Origin: Clostridiales bacterium CCNA10 | GTDB lineage: Bacteria; Verrucomicrobiota; Kiritimatiellia; RFP12; UBA1067 | DNA length: 46,779 bases | Assembly: GCA_963618935.1 (NCBI GenBank) | Contig: CAVEVC010000107.1 | Span: 1 to 46,779 of the forward strand | Direction: 5' to 3' | In this document: in pieces, positions 34,091-41,461 of the stretch | Layout: each line of letters begins with the position of its first letter | How positions within the stretch are numbered: the first letter of the stretch is position 1 | Made by a program: the position numbers and the translations under genes | The notes under the pieces: model-generated | The model's input: the letters and a program-made list of their open reading frames with translations, nothing else | The model's database searches: none | What the model was told of the DNA's origin: nothing

Positions 34091-34121
34091 ATTATATTTT
34101 TTTTTTCCTGCCAGAGGTCAA
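34091..34121 (-). promoter_or_regulatory. Sigma70-like promoter (-35 TTGACC, -10 TATAAT) with an A10 tract in a 19-bp spacer, upstream of the beta-helix gene
   Basis: The minus strand reads TTGACC-TCTGGCAGG-AAAAAAAAAA-TATAAT. The -10 is at 34091-34096, the -35 at 34116-34121 and the homopolymer at 34097-34106. Confidence 0.5.
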
Positions 34122-34174
34122 TCTGGAATCCAAGTTTTGCTTGTGTTTTTTTTGCTGTGGACGGCGGGCCTCAG

Positions 34175-34218
34175 AAAAACGGACGCGCGGCGGCACGGAA
34201 GAATCCGTGCCGCCGCGC
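34175..34218 (-). terminator. Rho-independent terminator after dhaK
   Basis: The minus strand has a perfect 15-bp stem GCGCGGCGGCACGGA / TCCGTGCCGCCGCGC with a 4-nt loop, followed by GTCCGTTTTTC. Confidence 0.8.
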
Positions 34219-34242
34219 GGGCCGTCCGGGCGGGCCTTCGCC

Positions 34243-35244
34243 CTAGCGGGTCGTCCAGTAGGGCGCGTTCGCCGGGGCCGCGAGATACTGCGCGCAGGCG
34301 TCGCAGCACTTGCAGAGGATCATCTGGAAGCCCGCCATCTCCTGCACCGTGAGGAGCTCGTCGCACTTTCCGGGGAGGACGACGACGCCCATCGCCTCCA
34401 GCATCTGCTTCGCCTTGCGGTAGCAGATGAGCATTTCCATCGTCGTCGTGGCGCCCGAGCCGTTGATGAGGAGGAGCGCCTTGTCGCCGGCGGCGAGCTT
34501 CGTCGCCTTGACGAGCGGGGGCAGCATCTTCTCGACGGTCTCGTCGGCCGTACACATCTTCGAGATGCCGCCGCCGCCTTCGCCGTGCTGGCCCATGCCG
34601 ATCTCCATCTCGTCGTCCGCGAGCGAGCCGATCTCGCCGCCGTTCTGCGGGTGCGTGGCGGTCTTGAGCGCCACGGAGAGGGTCGCGATGCCCTCGTTGA
34701 AGGCGTTGGCGAGCGCGACGATCTCGTCGAGGCTCCGGCCCGCCTCGGCCGCCGCGCCGACGACCTTGATGAACGGGATGACGCCGCCGAGGCCGCGCTT
34801 GTCCTCGACCGGGGTGTCGGGGCCCTGGGCGATGTCGTCGTGGATGACGACCTCCACCACCTTGAGGCCGGCCTTCTGCGCCTTGCGCATGGCCTTCGAC
34901 CCGCTCATGCGGTCGCCGTTGTGGTTGAGCGTGATGAGGAGCGTGCCCGCGTCGCGCTTGACGTAGTCGAGGGCCTCGAACACCTTCTCGCCGCCCGGCG
35001 CGGCGAAGATGTCGCCGGCGACGCACGCATCGAGCATGCCCTCGCCCACGAAGCCGTGCATGGCCGGCTCGTGGCCGGAGCCGCCGAACGCGACGAGCGC
35101 GACCTTGCCGGCGTCCTTCGGCGTCCTGCGCACGACGATCTTCTCGTTGACGAGCGCGAGCGTGTCGGAATAGCACCCGACGAGGCCTTCCAAAAGTTCC
35201 TTGGTGAGGTTCGCGGGATCGTTGATGAACTTCTTCATGGGCAT
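34243..35244 (-). CDS. dhaK: Dihydroxyacetone kinase DhaK-type subunit (Dak1 domain)
   Basis: MPMKKFINDPANLTKELLEGLV, VALVAFGGSGHEPAMHGFVGEGMLDA and the overall Dak1 layout match. No dhaL or dhaM is adjacent. Confidence 0.85.
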   Translation of the reverse strand: MPMKKFINDPANLTKELLEGLVGCYSDTLALVNEKIVVRRTPKDAGKVALVAFGGSGHEPAMHGFVGEGMLDACVAGDIFAAPGGEKVFEALDYVKRDAGTLLITLNHNGDRMSGSKAMRKAQKAGLKVVEVVIHDDIAQGPDTPVEDKRGLGGVIPFIKVVGAAAEAGRSLDEIVALANAFNEGIATLSVALKTATHPQNGGEIGSLADDEMEIGMGQHGEGGGGISKMCTADETVEKMLPPLVKATKLAAGDKALLLINGSGATTTMEMLICYRKAKQMLEAMGVVVLPGKCDELLTVQEMAGFQMILCKCCDACAQYLAAPANAPYWTTR

Positions 35245-35270
35245 GGAGGATTCTCCTTTGGCATTAAGCC

Positions 35271-35428
35271 GCCGCTTCGCGGCTTTAAGTAGTTAAGCAG
35301 TTAAGTTGTTAAGTAGTTAAGTAGTTAAGTTGTTAAGTGGTTAAGTGGTTAAGTGGTTAAGTAGTTAAGTTGTTAAGTTGTTAAGTTGCTAAGTTGTTAA
35401 GTAGTTAAGTTGTTAAGTTGTTAAGTTA
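35271..35428 (+). repeat. GC hairpin (GCCGCTTCGCGGC) followed by 18 contiguous 8-bp units TTAAGTNG
   Basis: The units run back-to-back from 35285 to 35428. The variable base is A/T/G. Variants are TTAAGCAG, CTAAGTTG and terminal TTAAGTTA. The array is strongly AT-rich in a GC-rich genome. Confidence 0.95.
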
Positions 35429-35433
35429 TTATA
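35428..35433 (-). promoter_or_regulatory. Possible -10 box TATAAT at the inner edge of the repeat array (would place the array in the dhaK 5' leader)
   Basis: The minus strand reads TTCTATAAT. There is no TG extension and no convincing -35. Confidence 0.25.
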
Positions 35434-35462
35434 GAAGCAGCAACAAAATGGATTGATCGTTC

Positions 35463-35520
35463 GGGAGGGCGCGTGTCCTCACGCGCCGCAAATACGGCGG
35501 CTGGGGACAGCCGCCCTCCC
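35463..35520. repeat. GGGAG-[hairpin]-spacer-[hairpin]-CTCCC element (second family member)
   Basis: GGGAG (35463-67) can pair with CTCCC (35516-20). The hairpins are GGCGCGTG/CACGCGCC (35468-87) and GGCGGCTG/CAGCCGCC (35496-515). It shares GTGTCC..CGCGCCG..GGC[hairpin]GCCCTCCC with the 25426-25499 element. Confidence 0.8.
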
Positions 35521-35568
35521 AGCGGAATCGAGACAATTAATTGCCGAAGCAAGAAGCAATCTGCTCAT

Positions 35569-35700
35569 CACTTAACCACTCAAGCCGCGAAGCGGCGACT
35601 TAACCACTTAACTACTTAAAGACTTAACTACTTAAAGCCGCGAAGCGGCGACTTAACCACTTAACTACTTAAAGCCCGTAGGGCGACTGAACCACTTAGC
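35569..35700 (+). repeat. Inverted arm: 12 CNACTTAA units (reverse complement of TTAAGTNG) interleaved with three GC hairpins
   Basis: Nine units are exact ACTTAA and three are degenerate. The hairpins are GCCGCGAAGCGGC (35584-96, 35637-49) and GCCCGTAGGGC (35674-84). A 40-nt module is repeated exactly at 35582-35621 and 35635-35674. The arm abuts the VOC gene stop codon. Confidence 0.95.
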
Positions 35701-36032
35701 TATTTTTGAAAGAACTCGACCTGCGGGCCGTCCGGGTAGCCCACGTAGGCGATGGCGCACGTGCCGCCGAGGGCGTACTTCGGCAGCAGCACGGCGGCGC
35801 CCTCCTTCACGGCCTCGTCGACGGCGGCCTGCACGTCGGCGACCTCGTAGGCCACGTGCGCCTCGGCGACCATGCGCCACGCGCACGGCGTGTTCGGCTC
35901 CCAGTAGAGGTATTCGATGGCGTAGTCCGCGTTGCTGCAGATCCACACCTTGAGGCCGGGCATGTAGGTCATGCCCGCCATCTTGGCGGGAACGGGAATG
36001 CCCGTGTGCATGTAGGTCTTCTCGATGGTCAT
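35700..36032 (-). CDS. VOC/glyoxalase-like small protein
   Basis: It is 110 aa. HVAYEVADVQAAVDEAVKEGAAVLLP...YVGYPDGPQVEFFQ resembles a single VOC (glyoxalase/bleomycin-resistance) module. Confidence 0.6.
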   Translation of the reverse strand: MTIEKTYMHTGIPVPAKMAGMTYMPGLKVWICSNADYAIEYLYWEPNTPCAWRMVAEAHVAYEVADVQAAVDEAVKEGAAVLLPKYALGGTCAIAYVGYPDGPQVEFFQK

Positions 36033-36057
36033 CTCGCGTCTCCTTTCAGGTCATTCG

Positions 36058-36912
36058 TCAGAAGCCGACGTTCGGAACCGTGTAGCGGTTGCAGGCGCTG
36101 TCGTGGAAGTTCGCGAACTCCGTGACGATCGCGCCCTCGTCGCCGCCCATCATGAAGTGCCAGCTGCCCGTCTTCGGGAGCTTGTGCGCGATGCCGTCCG
36201 CCGTCCACTTCTCGACGTGGAGCGACTTGAGGAGCGTCGGCCGGCCGGCCTTGTGGTCGTAGAGGAGCGAGGAGAGGTTGGCTTTCGCCTCGGGGAACTG
36301 GTCGAGGTTGGGCGCGCCGACCTCGGAGAAGGAATAGACCCAGCCGTGGCGCACGAGCCAGGACTCCATCTTGGCGGGGATGTCCTTCTTGAAGACCTCG
36401 CCCGTCCAGCGGTCCTGCGAGACGTTCGCGGCGACCGGCCGGCCCGGCACGTGGCTGTGCTCGGCGATGGACTGGAGGGGGAGGAGGAAGATGTCGTGGC
36501 CGAAGTATTCCTCCTTGATCTCGTCCACCCAGATCACGCCGCCCATGCCGAACTTGGCGAAGTCGCCCTTCGCGAAGTCCGTCGCCCAGAAGCCGAGATA
36601 CTGCGTCTTGTCCGTCTGCTTCGTCTGCTCCAGCATGAACTTCTCGTCCGTGAAGGACCGGAAGACCGGGTAGCCGAACTTGCGCATGAGGTCGAAGTAG
36701 GCCTGCTTGCCCTTCGCCACGTCGAACTTGCCGCTGCTGATTCCGTTGGCGTCGAACGCGCCGCCGACGTAGAAGTCCTTGTTGTTCACCTTCGCACATC
36801 CTTTCCTGCATCCGCCGGCCGCCCCAGTCGTGGAGCAGCCGGCCACCATACCGGCCGTCATGGCCGCTGCGGCCGCACCCGCGCCCGCAGCAAGAAACTC
36901 GCGTCTGTTCAT
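36058..36912 (-). CDS. TAT-exported cupin, D-lyxose/D-mannose isomerase-like
   Basis: It has a TAT-type signal (MNRREFLAAGAGAAAAAMTAG). Segments GFWATDFAKGDFAKFG, IFLLPLQSIAEHSH and WHFMMGGDEGAIVTEFANFHDSACNRY parallel the conserved blocks of D-lyxose isomerase cupins. The match is from memory. Confidence 0.55.
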   Translation of the reverse strand: MNRREFLAAGAGAAAAAMTAGMVAGCSTTGAAGGCRKGCAKVNNKDFYVGGAFDANGISSGKFDVAKGKQAYFDLMRKFGYPVFRSFTDEKFMLEQTKQTDKTQYLGFWATDFAKGDFAKFGMGGVIWVDEIKEEYFGHDIFLLPLQSIAEHSHVPGRPVAANVSQDRWTGEVFKKDIPAKMESWLVRHGWVYSFSEVGAPNLDQFPEAKANLSSLLYDHKAGRPTLLKSLHVEKWTADGIAHKLPKTGSWHFMMGGDEGAIVTEFANFHDSACNRYTVPNVGF

Positions 36913-36956
36913 CGTCTGTTCCTTTCTGTTTTCTTTCCGTTGAACGTCAAGATCCC

Positions 36957-38747
36957 TCATGCGCGCCTCGCGCGCCCGACGAGCCGGATGAGGACGGCGG
37001 TCGAGGCGGCGGAGACGGCGAGCAGCCCCGCCGCGAGCCCCCAGCTTCCGGCGCCGCCGGCCGCGTAGACCAGGTAGCCGCACCCGAAGAGGCACGCCCA
37101 CACGGCGAGGCAGCCGAACACCATGCAGAGGACGCCCATCGGCAGCTCGCGCAGGTCGGCCCGCACAAGCCGGTCGAACGCCTCCAGCGTCTCCTTCGGC
37201 TCCTTCGGCGTGGCGAACGTGACGGCGAGCCAGCCGGCCGTCGTGGCAAGGACGCCCAGAACGAGCCGCCACGCGCCGAGGTTGAGCCACTCCGCGCGCC
37301 AGCCGCCCGCGAGCCACGCCTCCAGCCCGCACGCGGGCGCGCCCCACTGGAAGAAGCAGGCGACGAGGAAGGAGATGACCATCGCGGAGATCTCGCTCCA
37401 GGCGTTCAGGCGGTGCCAGAACCAGCGGAGGATGTAGATGAGGCCCGTGCCGGCGCCGATCTGGAGGATGAGGTCGAAGCCGCCCTTCGCGTTCTGGAGG
37501 ACGAGCGCCATGACCGCGCAGCCGACGAGGAGGACGAGCATGAAGACGCGGCCCATGAAGACCTGCCGCCTCGGGCTCGCCTGCGGGTTCACGAAGCGCA
37601 CGTAGAAGTCCTGAACGAGGTAGGACGAGCCCCAGTTGAGGTGCGTCGCGATCGTCGACATGTAGGCCGCCACGAGCGAGGCCGCCACGAGCCCCAGCCA
37701 GCCGGGCGGCAGGCGGGAGACCATCGCAGGGTAGGCCATGTCGTCCTTGACGAACTGCGCGGCGGCGTCCGGGAAGGCGGCCTGGAGCGAGGCGAGGTCG
37801 GGGAAGACGACGAGCGAGGCGAGGGCGACGACGAGCCACGGCCAGCTGCGCAGCGCGTAGTGGAGGAAGTTGAAGAGCATCACCGCGCCGACGGCGTTCC
37901 GCTCGTCCTTCGCGGAGAGCATGCGCTGGGCGATGTAGCCGCCGCCGCCGGGCTCCGCGCCGGGGTACCAGGTCGCCCACCACTGCACGGCGAGCGGCAG
38001 GACGAGGACGGTCATCAGCGTCGACTTCCAGCCCGCGCCGGAGACGGCGGGGAAGAGGGACATCCTGTCCGCGACGGCGGGGTTCGCGAAGAGCGACGCG
38101 AGCGTGCCCGTTCCGTCGGGCCCGCACATCTTCACGGCGAAGTAGGCCGCCACGAAGGCGCCGGCCATCGCGACCGCGTACTGGTAGAAGTCCGCCCAGA
38201 TCGACCCCGTGAGGCCGCCGAGCGTCGCGTAGACGCCCACCGAGACGAGCGCCGCGGCGAGCGTCGTCGCCGGCGAGAGGCCGAAGATCGTCGCGCCGAT
38301 CTTGATCGCCGCGAGCGAGACGGTGCCCATGATGACGACGTTGAAGACGAGCCCGAGGTAGACGGCGCGGAAGCCGCGCAGCGCCTTCGCCGGCGCGCCC
38401 GCGTAGCGGATCTCGTAGAAGCCGAGGTCCGTCGGGAGGGCGCTGCGGCGCCACAGCTTCGCGTAGACGAAGACCGTGAGCATGCCCGTGAGGAGGAAGG
38501 CCCACCACGCCCAGTTCCCCGCCACGCCCTGCGTGCGGACGATGTCCGTCACGAGGTTCGGCGTGTCGCACGAGAACGTGCAGGCGACCATCGAGACGCC
38601 CAGGAGCCACCACGGCATCGAGCGGCCCGAGAGGAAGAAGTCCTCCGCCGACTTCGACGCGCGCTTGGCGGCCCACGCGCCGATGACGATCACGCTCACG
38701 AGGAAGCCGGCGATGATGCCGACGTCGAGTCCGGTCAGCCCGCCCAT
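36957..38747 (-). CDS. Sodium:solute symporter (SSS) family transporter
   Basis: It is a 13-14 TM protein. The N-terminus shows FFLSGRSMPWWLLGVSMVA, typical of SSS transporters. Confidence 0.85.
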   Translation of the reverse strand: MGGLTGLDVGIIAGFLVSVIVIGAWAAKRASKSAEDFFLSGRSMPWWLLGVSMVACTFSCDTPNLVTDIVRTQGVAGNWAWWAFLLTGMLTVFVYAKLWRRSALPTDLGFYEIRYAGAPAKALRGFRAVYLGLVFNVVIMGTVSLAAIKIGATIFGLSPATTLAAALVSVGVYATLGGLTGSIWADFYQYAVAMAGAFVAAYFAVKMCGPDGTGTLASLFANPAVADRMSLFPAVSGAGWKSTLMTVLVLPLAVQWWATWYPGAEPGGGGYIAQRMLSAKDERNAVGAVMLFNFLHYALRSWPWLVVALASLVVFPDLASLQAAFPDAAAQFVKDDMAYPAMVSRLPPGWLGLVAASLVAAYMSTIATHLNWGSSYLVQDFYVRFVNPQASPRRQVFMGRVFMLVLLVGCAVMALVLQNAKGGFDLILQIGAGTGLIYILRWFWHRLNAWSEISAMVISFLVACFFQWGAPACGLEAWLAGGWRAEWLNLGAWRLVLGVLATTAGWLAVTFATPKEPKETLEAFDRLVRADLRELPMGVLCMVFGCLAVWACLFGCGYLVYAAGGAGSWGLAAGLLAVSAASTAVLIRLVGRARRA

Positions 38748-38748
38748 G

Positions 38749-41388
38749 TCACTCTTCCTCCGCCTTGACGTCCGGGAACCACTTCTGCGCCCACTTCGCG
38801 CAGTCCTCGAAGCCCGCGACGGCCTCCTTCACGAAGACGGGCGCGAACTCGGCGGCGCCCTCCACCTCCGTGTAGAGGAGCTGGAGCGTGAGCGCCGCGC
38901 CAAGCATCTGCTTGGACCACGGGAGCGGGCCCGTGCGGAGCGTGTCGCGCCCCTTGCGCACGAGGCGGTTCAGGAGCTGGTTCATGTAGCCCACGTTGTC
39001 CTTCTTGCCGTAGAAGCGGCTCCAGTCGATCTTCTGCGGGCGCTCGGCGACCTTCTTGCCCTTCACGGTCCGCACGCGCTGGAGCGTGATCGCCTTCGCG
39101 TCGACCGCCGCCACCTCCGTGCCGTCCTTGAACTTGAAGCCCTTCGCCTTCGCGATGAAGAGCTTCTGCAGCTCCTGCATGTACTGGACCTTCGTCATCT
39201 GGGAGCGCACCTCGTCCCGCCCCTCGGGCGTCGTCGTCTCGTCGAGGAGGGCCTGCAGCTGCCGCAGGGCGGGCTCCCAGTCGAGCGTCTTCAGGCGCGT
39301 GCCGACGAGCTCGTCGAACTTCTCCCCGGCGGCCTTCGCCTCCGCCTCCGCCTTCGCCTTGTGCGCCTCGGCGGCCTTCGCGGCGGCGGCCTCCTTCGCC
39401 GCCTTCTCGGCCTGCGCCTTCGCCTCGCGCGCGGCCTTGTCCACGACGCGCTTGATCTGCTGCTGGGCGGAGCGGACGAGCGAGACGGAGCGCGTGCGGA
39501 TGACGGCGGCCTTGCGCTGCGTCTGCTCCACGCACTTCATGCCCTTCAGCTGCTCGAAGCCCTCCACGAGGACCTGCGAGAGCTTGGCGAGCGCGCGCAC
39601 GGTCTCCTCGTCCTCGCCCGTCAGCTTCTCCGCGGCCTTGCCCTTCTCCAGCAGAAGCGCCACGTTCCCCTGCACGCGGATGTCCGCCGCGCGGCACGCA
39701 TAGACGTCCGCCCACAGCTCGACAAACTGCTTCACGGCGGCGGGCACCGCCGCCTCGGGCGCCTTCTCCTCCTTCTCCTTCTCGCCTCCGTCTTCGGCGG
39801 GCGCCTCCTTCGGCTGTGCCGCCTGGGCGACGGCGTTCGTCGTGGCGCCGGCCTTCGCGGCGGCGACGGCGTTCGTCGTGGCGGCCTTCACGGCGGGGAC
39901 CGCGTTCGTCGTGCCGGGCGCAGCGGCGGGGGCGGCGTTCGTCGCGGCGGGCGCCGCGTTCGTGCCCGCCTCGGCCTTCGCCTTCGCCTCGGCGGCGGCG
40001 GCGTTCGCCTCGGCGGCGGCCTGGGCGGCGGCGGCGATGAAGAGCTGGTTCGTGTAGGCGACCGCGTCCGCCACGTCCTTCGTGGGCGGCGCCTCGATGA
40101 AGGCCCGCGCGGCGTCCCGCAGGTCCGGCGGCACGCTCCCCTTGACCTGGCGCACGGCGTCGGCCATCTCCTTGTCGCACTTGGCGACGAGCGCGTGGAA
40201 GTCCACGCCGAACTTCGCGATGGACTTGAGCGTCGTCTCGACGGCGCCCCTCGCCTTGTCGCGCGTCTCGACGAGCTGCTGGTAGGCCTCGCGCTTCTCG
40301 CGCGCCTGCTCGGACTTGACGTACCAGAAGAGCCCGCCCACCACGAGCAGGACCAGGAGGACGATGCCGCCCGCGACCATGCCCACGATCGCGCCGACGC
40401 CCAGGTGCCTCTCCTCGGCGGGCGCCGCCTCCCCCTCGGCCGCCTCGCCCTCGGCCGCCGGCGCCGCCGTCTCCTCGGCGGAGAGCTTCATCTTGATCTT
40501 CGCGCCCTTGATCTTCACCTTCGGCGCGGCCACCTTCGAGGTCTTGCCGGCCCCCATCTTCGAGAGGACGCGCTTGAAGTCGCCGAGCAGGGACTGGTAG
40601 GTCGGGTAGCGCATCGAGGGCTCGAGCTCGAGCATGCGCAGGATGATGGGGTCGAGCTCCGGCGGCAGGCCGGCGCGCACCTCGCTCGGCCGGCGCGGCG
40701 GCCCGTCGAAGCGCGCCTTCACCACCGCCGCCGCGTCCTCGCCCTCGAACGGCGCCACGCCCGTGAGCGCGTGGTAGAGCGTGCCGCCCAGGGAGTAGAT
40801 GTCGGCGCGGTAGTCGATCTTCTGCCGGCGCACCTTCTCGGGGGAGATGTAGTAGGGCGTGCCCCAGATCTCGCTGGCGTCGCCCTGCATGGCGGCGAGG
40901 CCGAAGTCCACGAGCTTCGCGTTGCCGTCCGCGTCGAAGAGCACGTTCTCGGGCTTCACGTCGCCGTGGACGAGCCCCTGCTCGGCGGCGAGCGCGAGCG
41001 CGTCCGCCACCTGCCGGCCCGCCTTCATCACGCGCACGGGGTCCATCGTGCCGGGGTTCGCCTCCATCTCCTTGTCGAGGGAGCCGCCGCAGACGAGCTC
41101 CATCGCGATGTAGGGCATGCCGTCCTCCTGGCCGAAGGAGTAGATCTGCGCGATGTTCGGGTGGTTGAGGCGCGCCGCGGCCTGGGCCTCGCGCTGGAAG
41201 CGCGCGACGAACGCGGGGTCCTCGCCGAGGGACTTCAGCATCACCTTGATGGCGACCTTGCGGTCCAGCATCTTGTCGCGCGCCAGGTAGACGCCGCCCA
41301 TGCCGCCGTGGCCCAGCTCCCGCTCCAGGACGAAGTGCCCGAAGTCGGACGGCGTGGGAATCATCTGTTCGTCGTTTTCTTCGCTCAT
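38749..41388 (-). CDS. Membrane Ser/Thr protein kinase (non-RD, HGD variant) with long Ala/Lys/Glu-rich extracytoplasmic region
   Basis: Kinase motifs are GHGGMGGVYLA, VAIKVM, HGDVKPENVLF, DFGLA and GTPYYISPE. The TM segment is GAIVGMVAGGIVLLVLLVVGGLFWYV. Low-complexity TNA(A/V)PA repeats lie around nt 39830-39960. Confidence 0.85.
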   Translation of the reverse strand: MSEENDEQMIPTPSDFGHFVLERELGHGGMGGVYLARDKMLDRKVAIKVMLKSLGEDPAFVARFQREAQAAARLNHPNIAQIYSFGQEDGMPYIAMELVCGGSLDKEMEANPGTMDPVRVMKAGRQVADALALAAEQGLVHGDVKPENVLFDADGNAKLVDFGLAAMQGDASEIWGTPYYISPEKVRRQKIDYRADIYSLGGTLYHALTGVAPFEGEDAAAVVKARFDGPPRRPSEVRAGLPPELDPIILRMLELEPSMRYPTYQSLLGDFKRVLSKMGAGKTSKVAAPKVKIKGAKIKMKLSAEETAAPAAEGEAAEGEAAPAEERHLGVGAIVGMVAGGIVLLVLLVVGGLFWYVKSEQAREKREAYQQLVETRDKARGAVETTLKSIAKFGVDFHALVAKCDKEMADAVRQVKGSVPPDLRDAARAFIEAPPTKDVADAVAYTNQLFIAAAAQAAAEANAAAAEAKAKAEAGTNAAPAATNAAPAAAPGTTNAVPAVKAATTNAVAAAKAGATTNAVAQAAQPKEAPAEDGGEKEKEEKAPEAAVPAAVKQFVELWADVYACRAADIRVQGNVALLLEKGKAAEKLTGEDEETVRALAKLSQVLVEGFEQLKGMKCVEQTQRKAAVIRTRSVSLVRSAQQQIKRVVDKAAREAKAQAEKAAKEAAAAKAAEAHKAKAEAEAKAAGEKFDELVGTRLKTLDWEPALRQLQALLDETTTPEGRDEVRSQMTKVQYMQELQKLFIAKAKGFKFKDGTEVAAVDAKAITLQRVRTVKGKKVAERPQKIDWSRFYGKKDNVGYMNQLLNRLVRKGRDTLRTGPLPWSKQMLGAALTLQLLYTEVEGAAEFAPVFVKEAVAGFEDCAKWAQKWFPDVKAEEE

Positions 41389-41418
41389 GAACTCGCTCCG
41401 CTCTTCGCAATGGCGTCC

Positions 41419-41427
41419 ATTATAGCA
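41419..41427 (-). promoter_or_regulatory. Extended -10 element TGcTATAAT upstream of the kinase/transporter operon
   Basis: The reverse complement reads TGCTATAAT, about 30 nt upstream of the ATG at 41388. Confidence 0.5.
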
Positions 41428-41461
41428 CGAATCCGCCTTCCGCGTCCACCCGGGCGCGCCG

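Noticed and set aside
35337-35696. Replication origin (oriC) interpretation: TTAACCACT/AGTGGTTAA copies resemble DnaA boxes
   Set aside because: The match to TTATCCACA is only 7 of 9. It applies only to the GG-variant units (3 on the left, and 3 plus 1 variant on the right). No dnaA or dnaN is nearby. Gene orientation does not switch here, as all neighbours on both sides are on the minus strand. I keep it as a low-probability alternative, testable by GC-skew analysis of the whole replicon.
35285-35700. CRISPR array interpretation of the repeat locus
   Set aside because: The units are only 8 bp and directly contiguous, with no spacers. No cas genes or leader are nearby.
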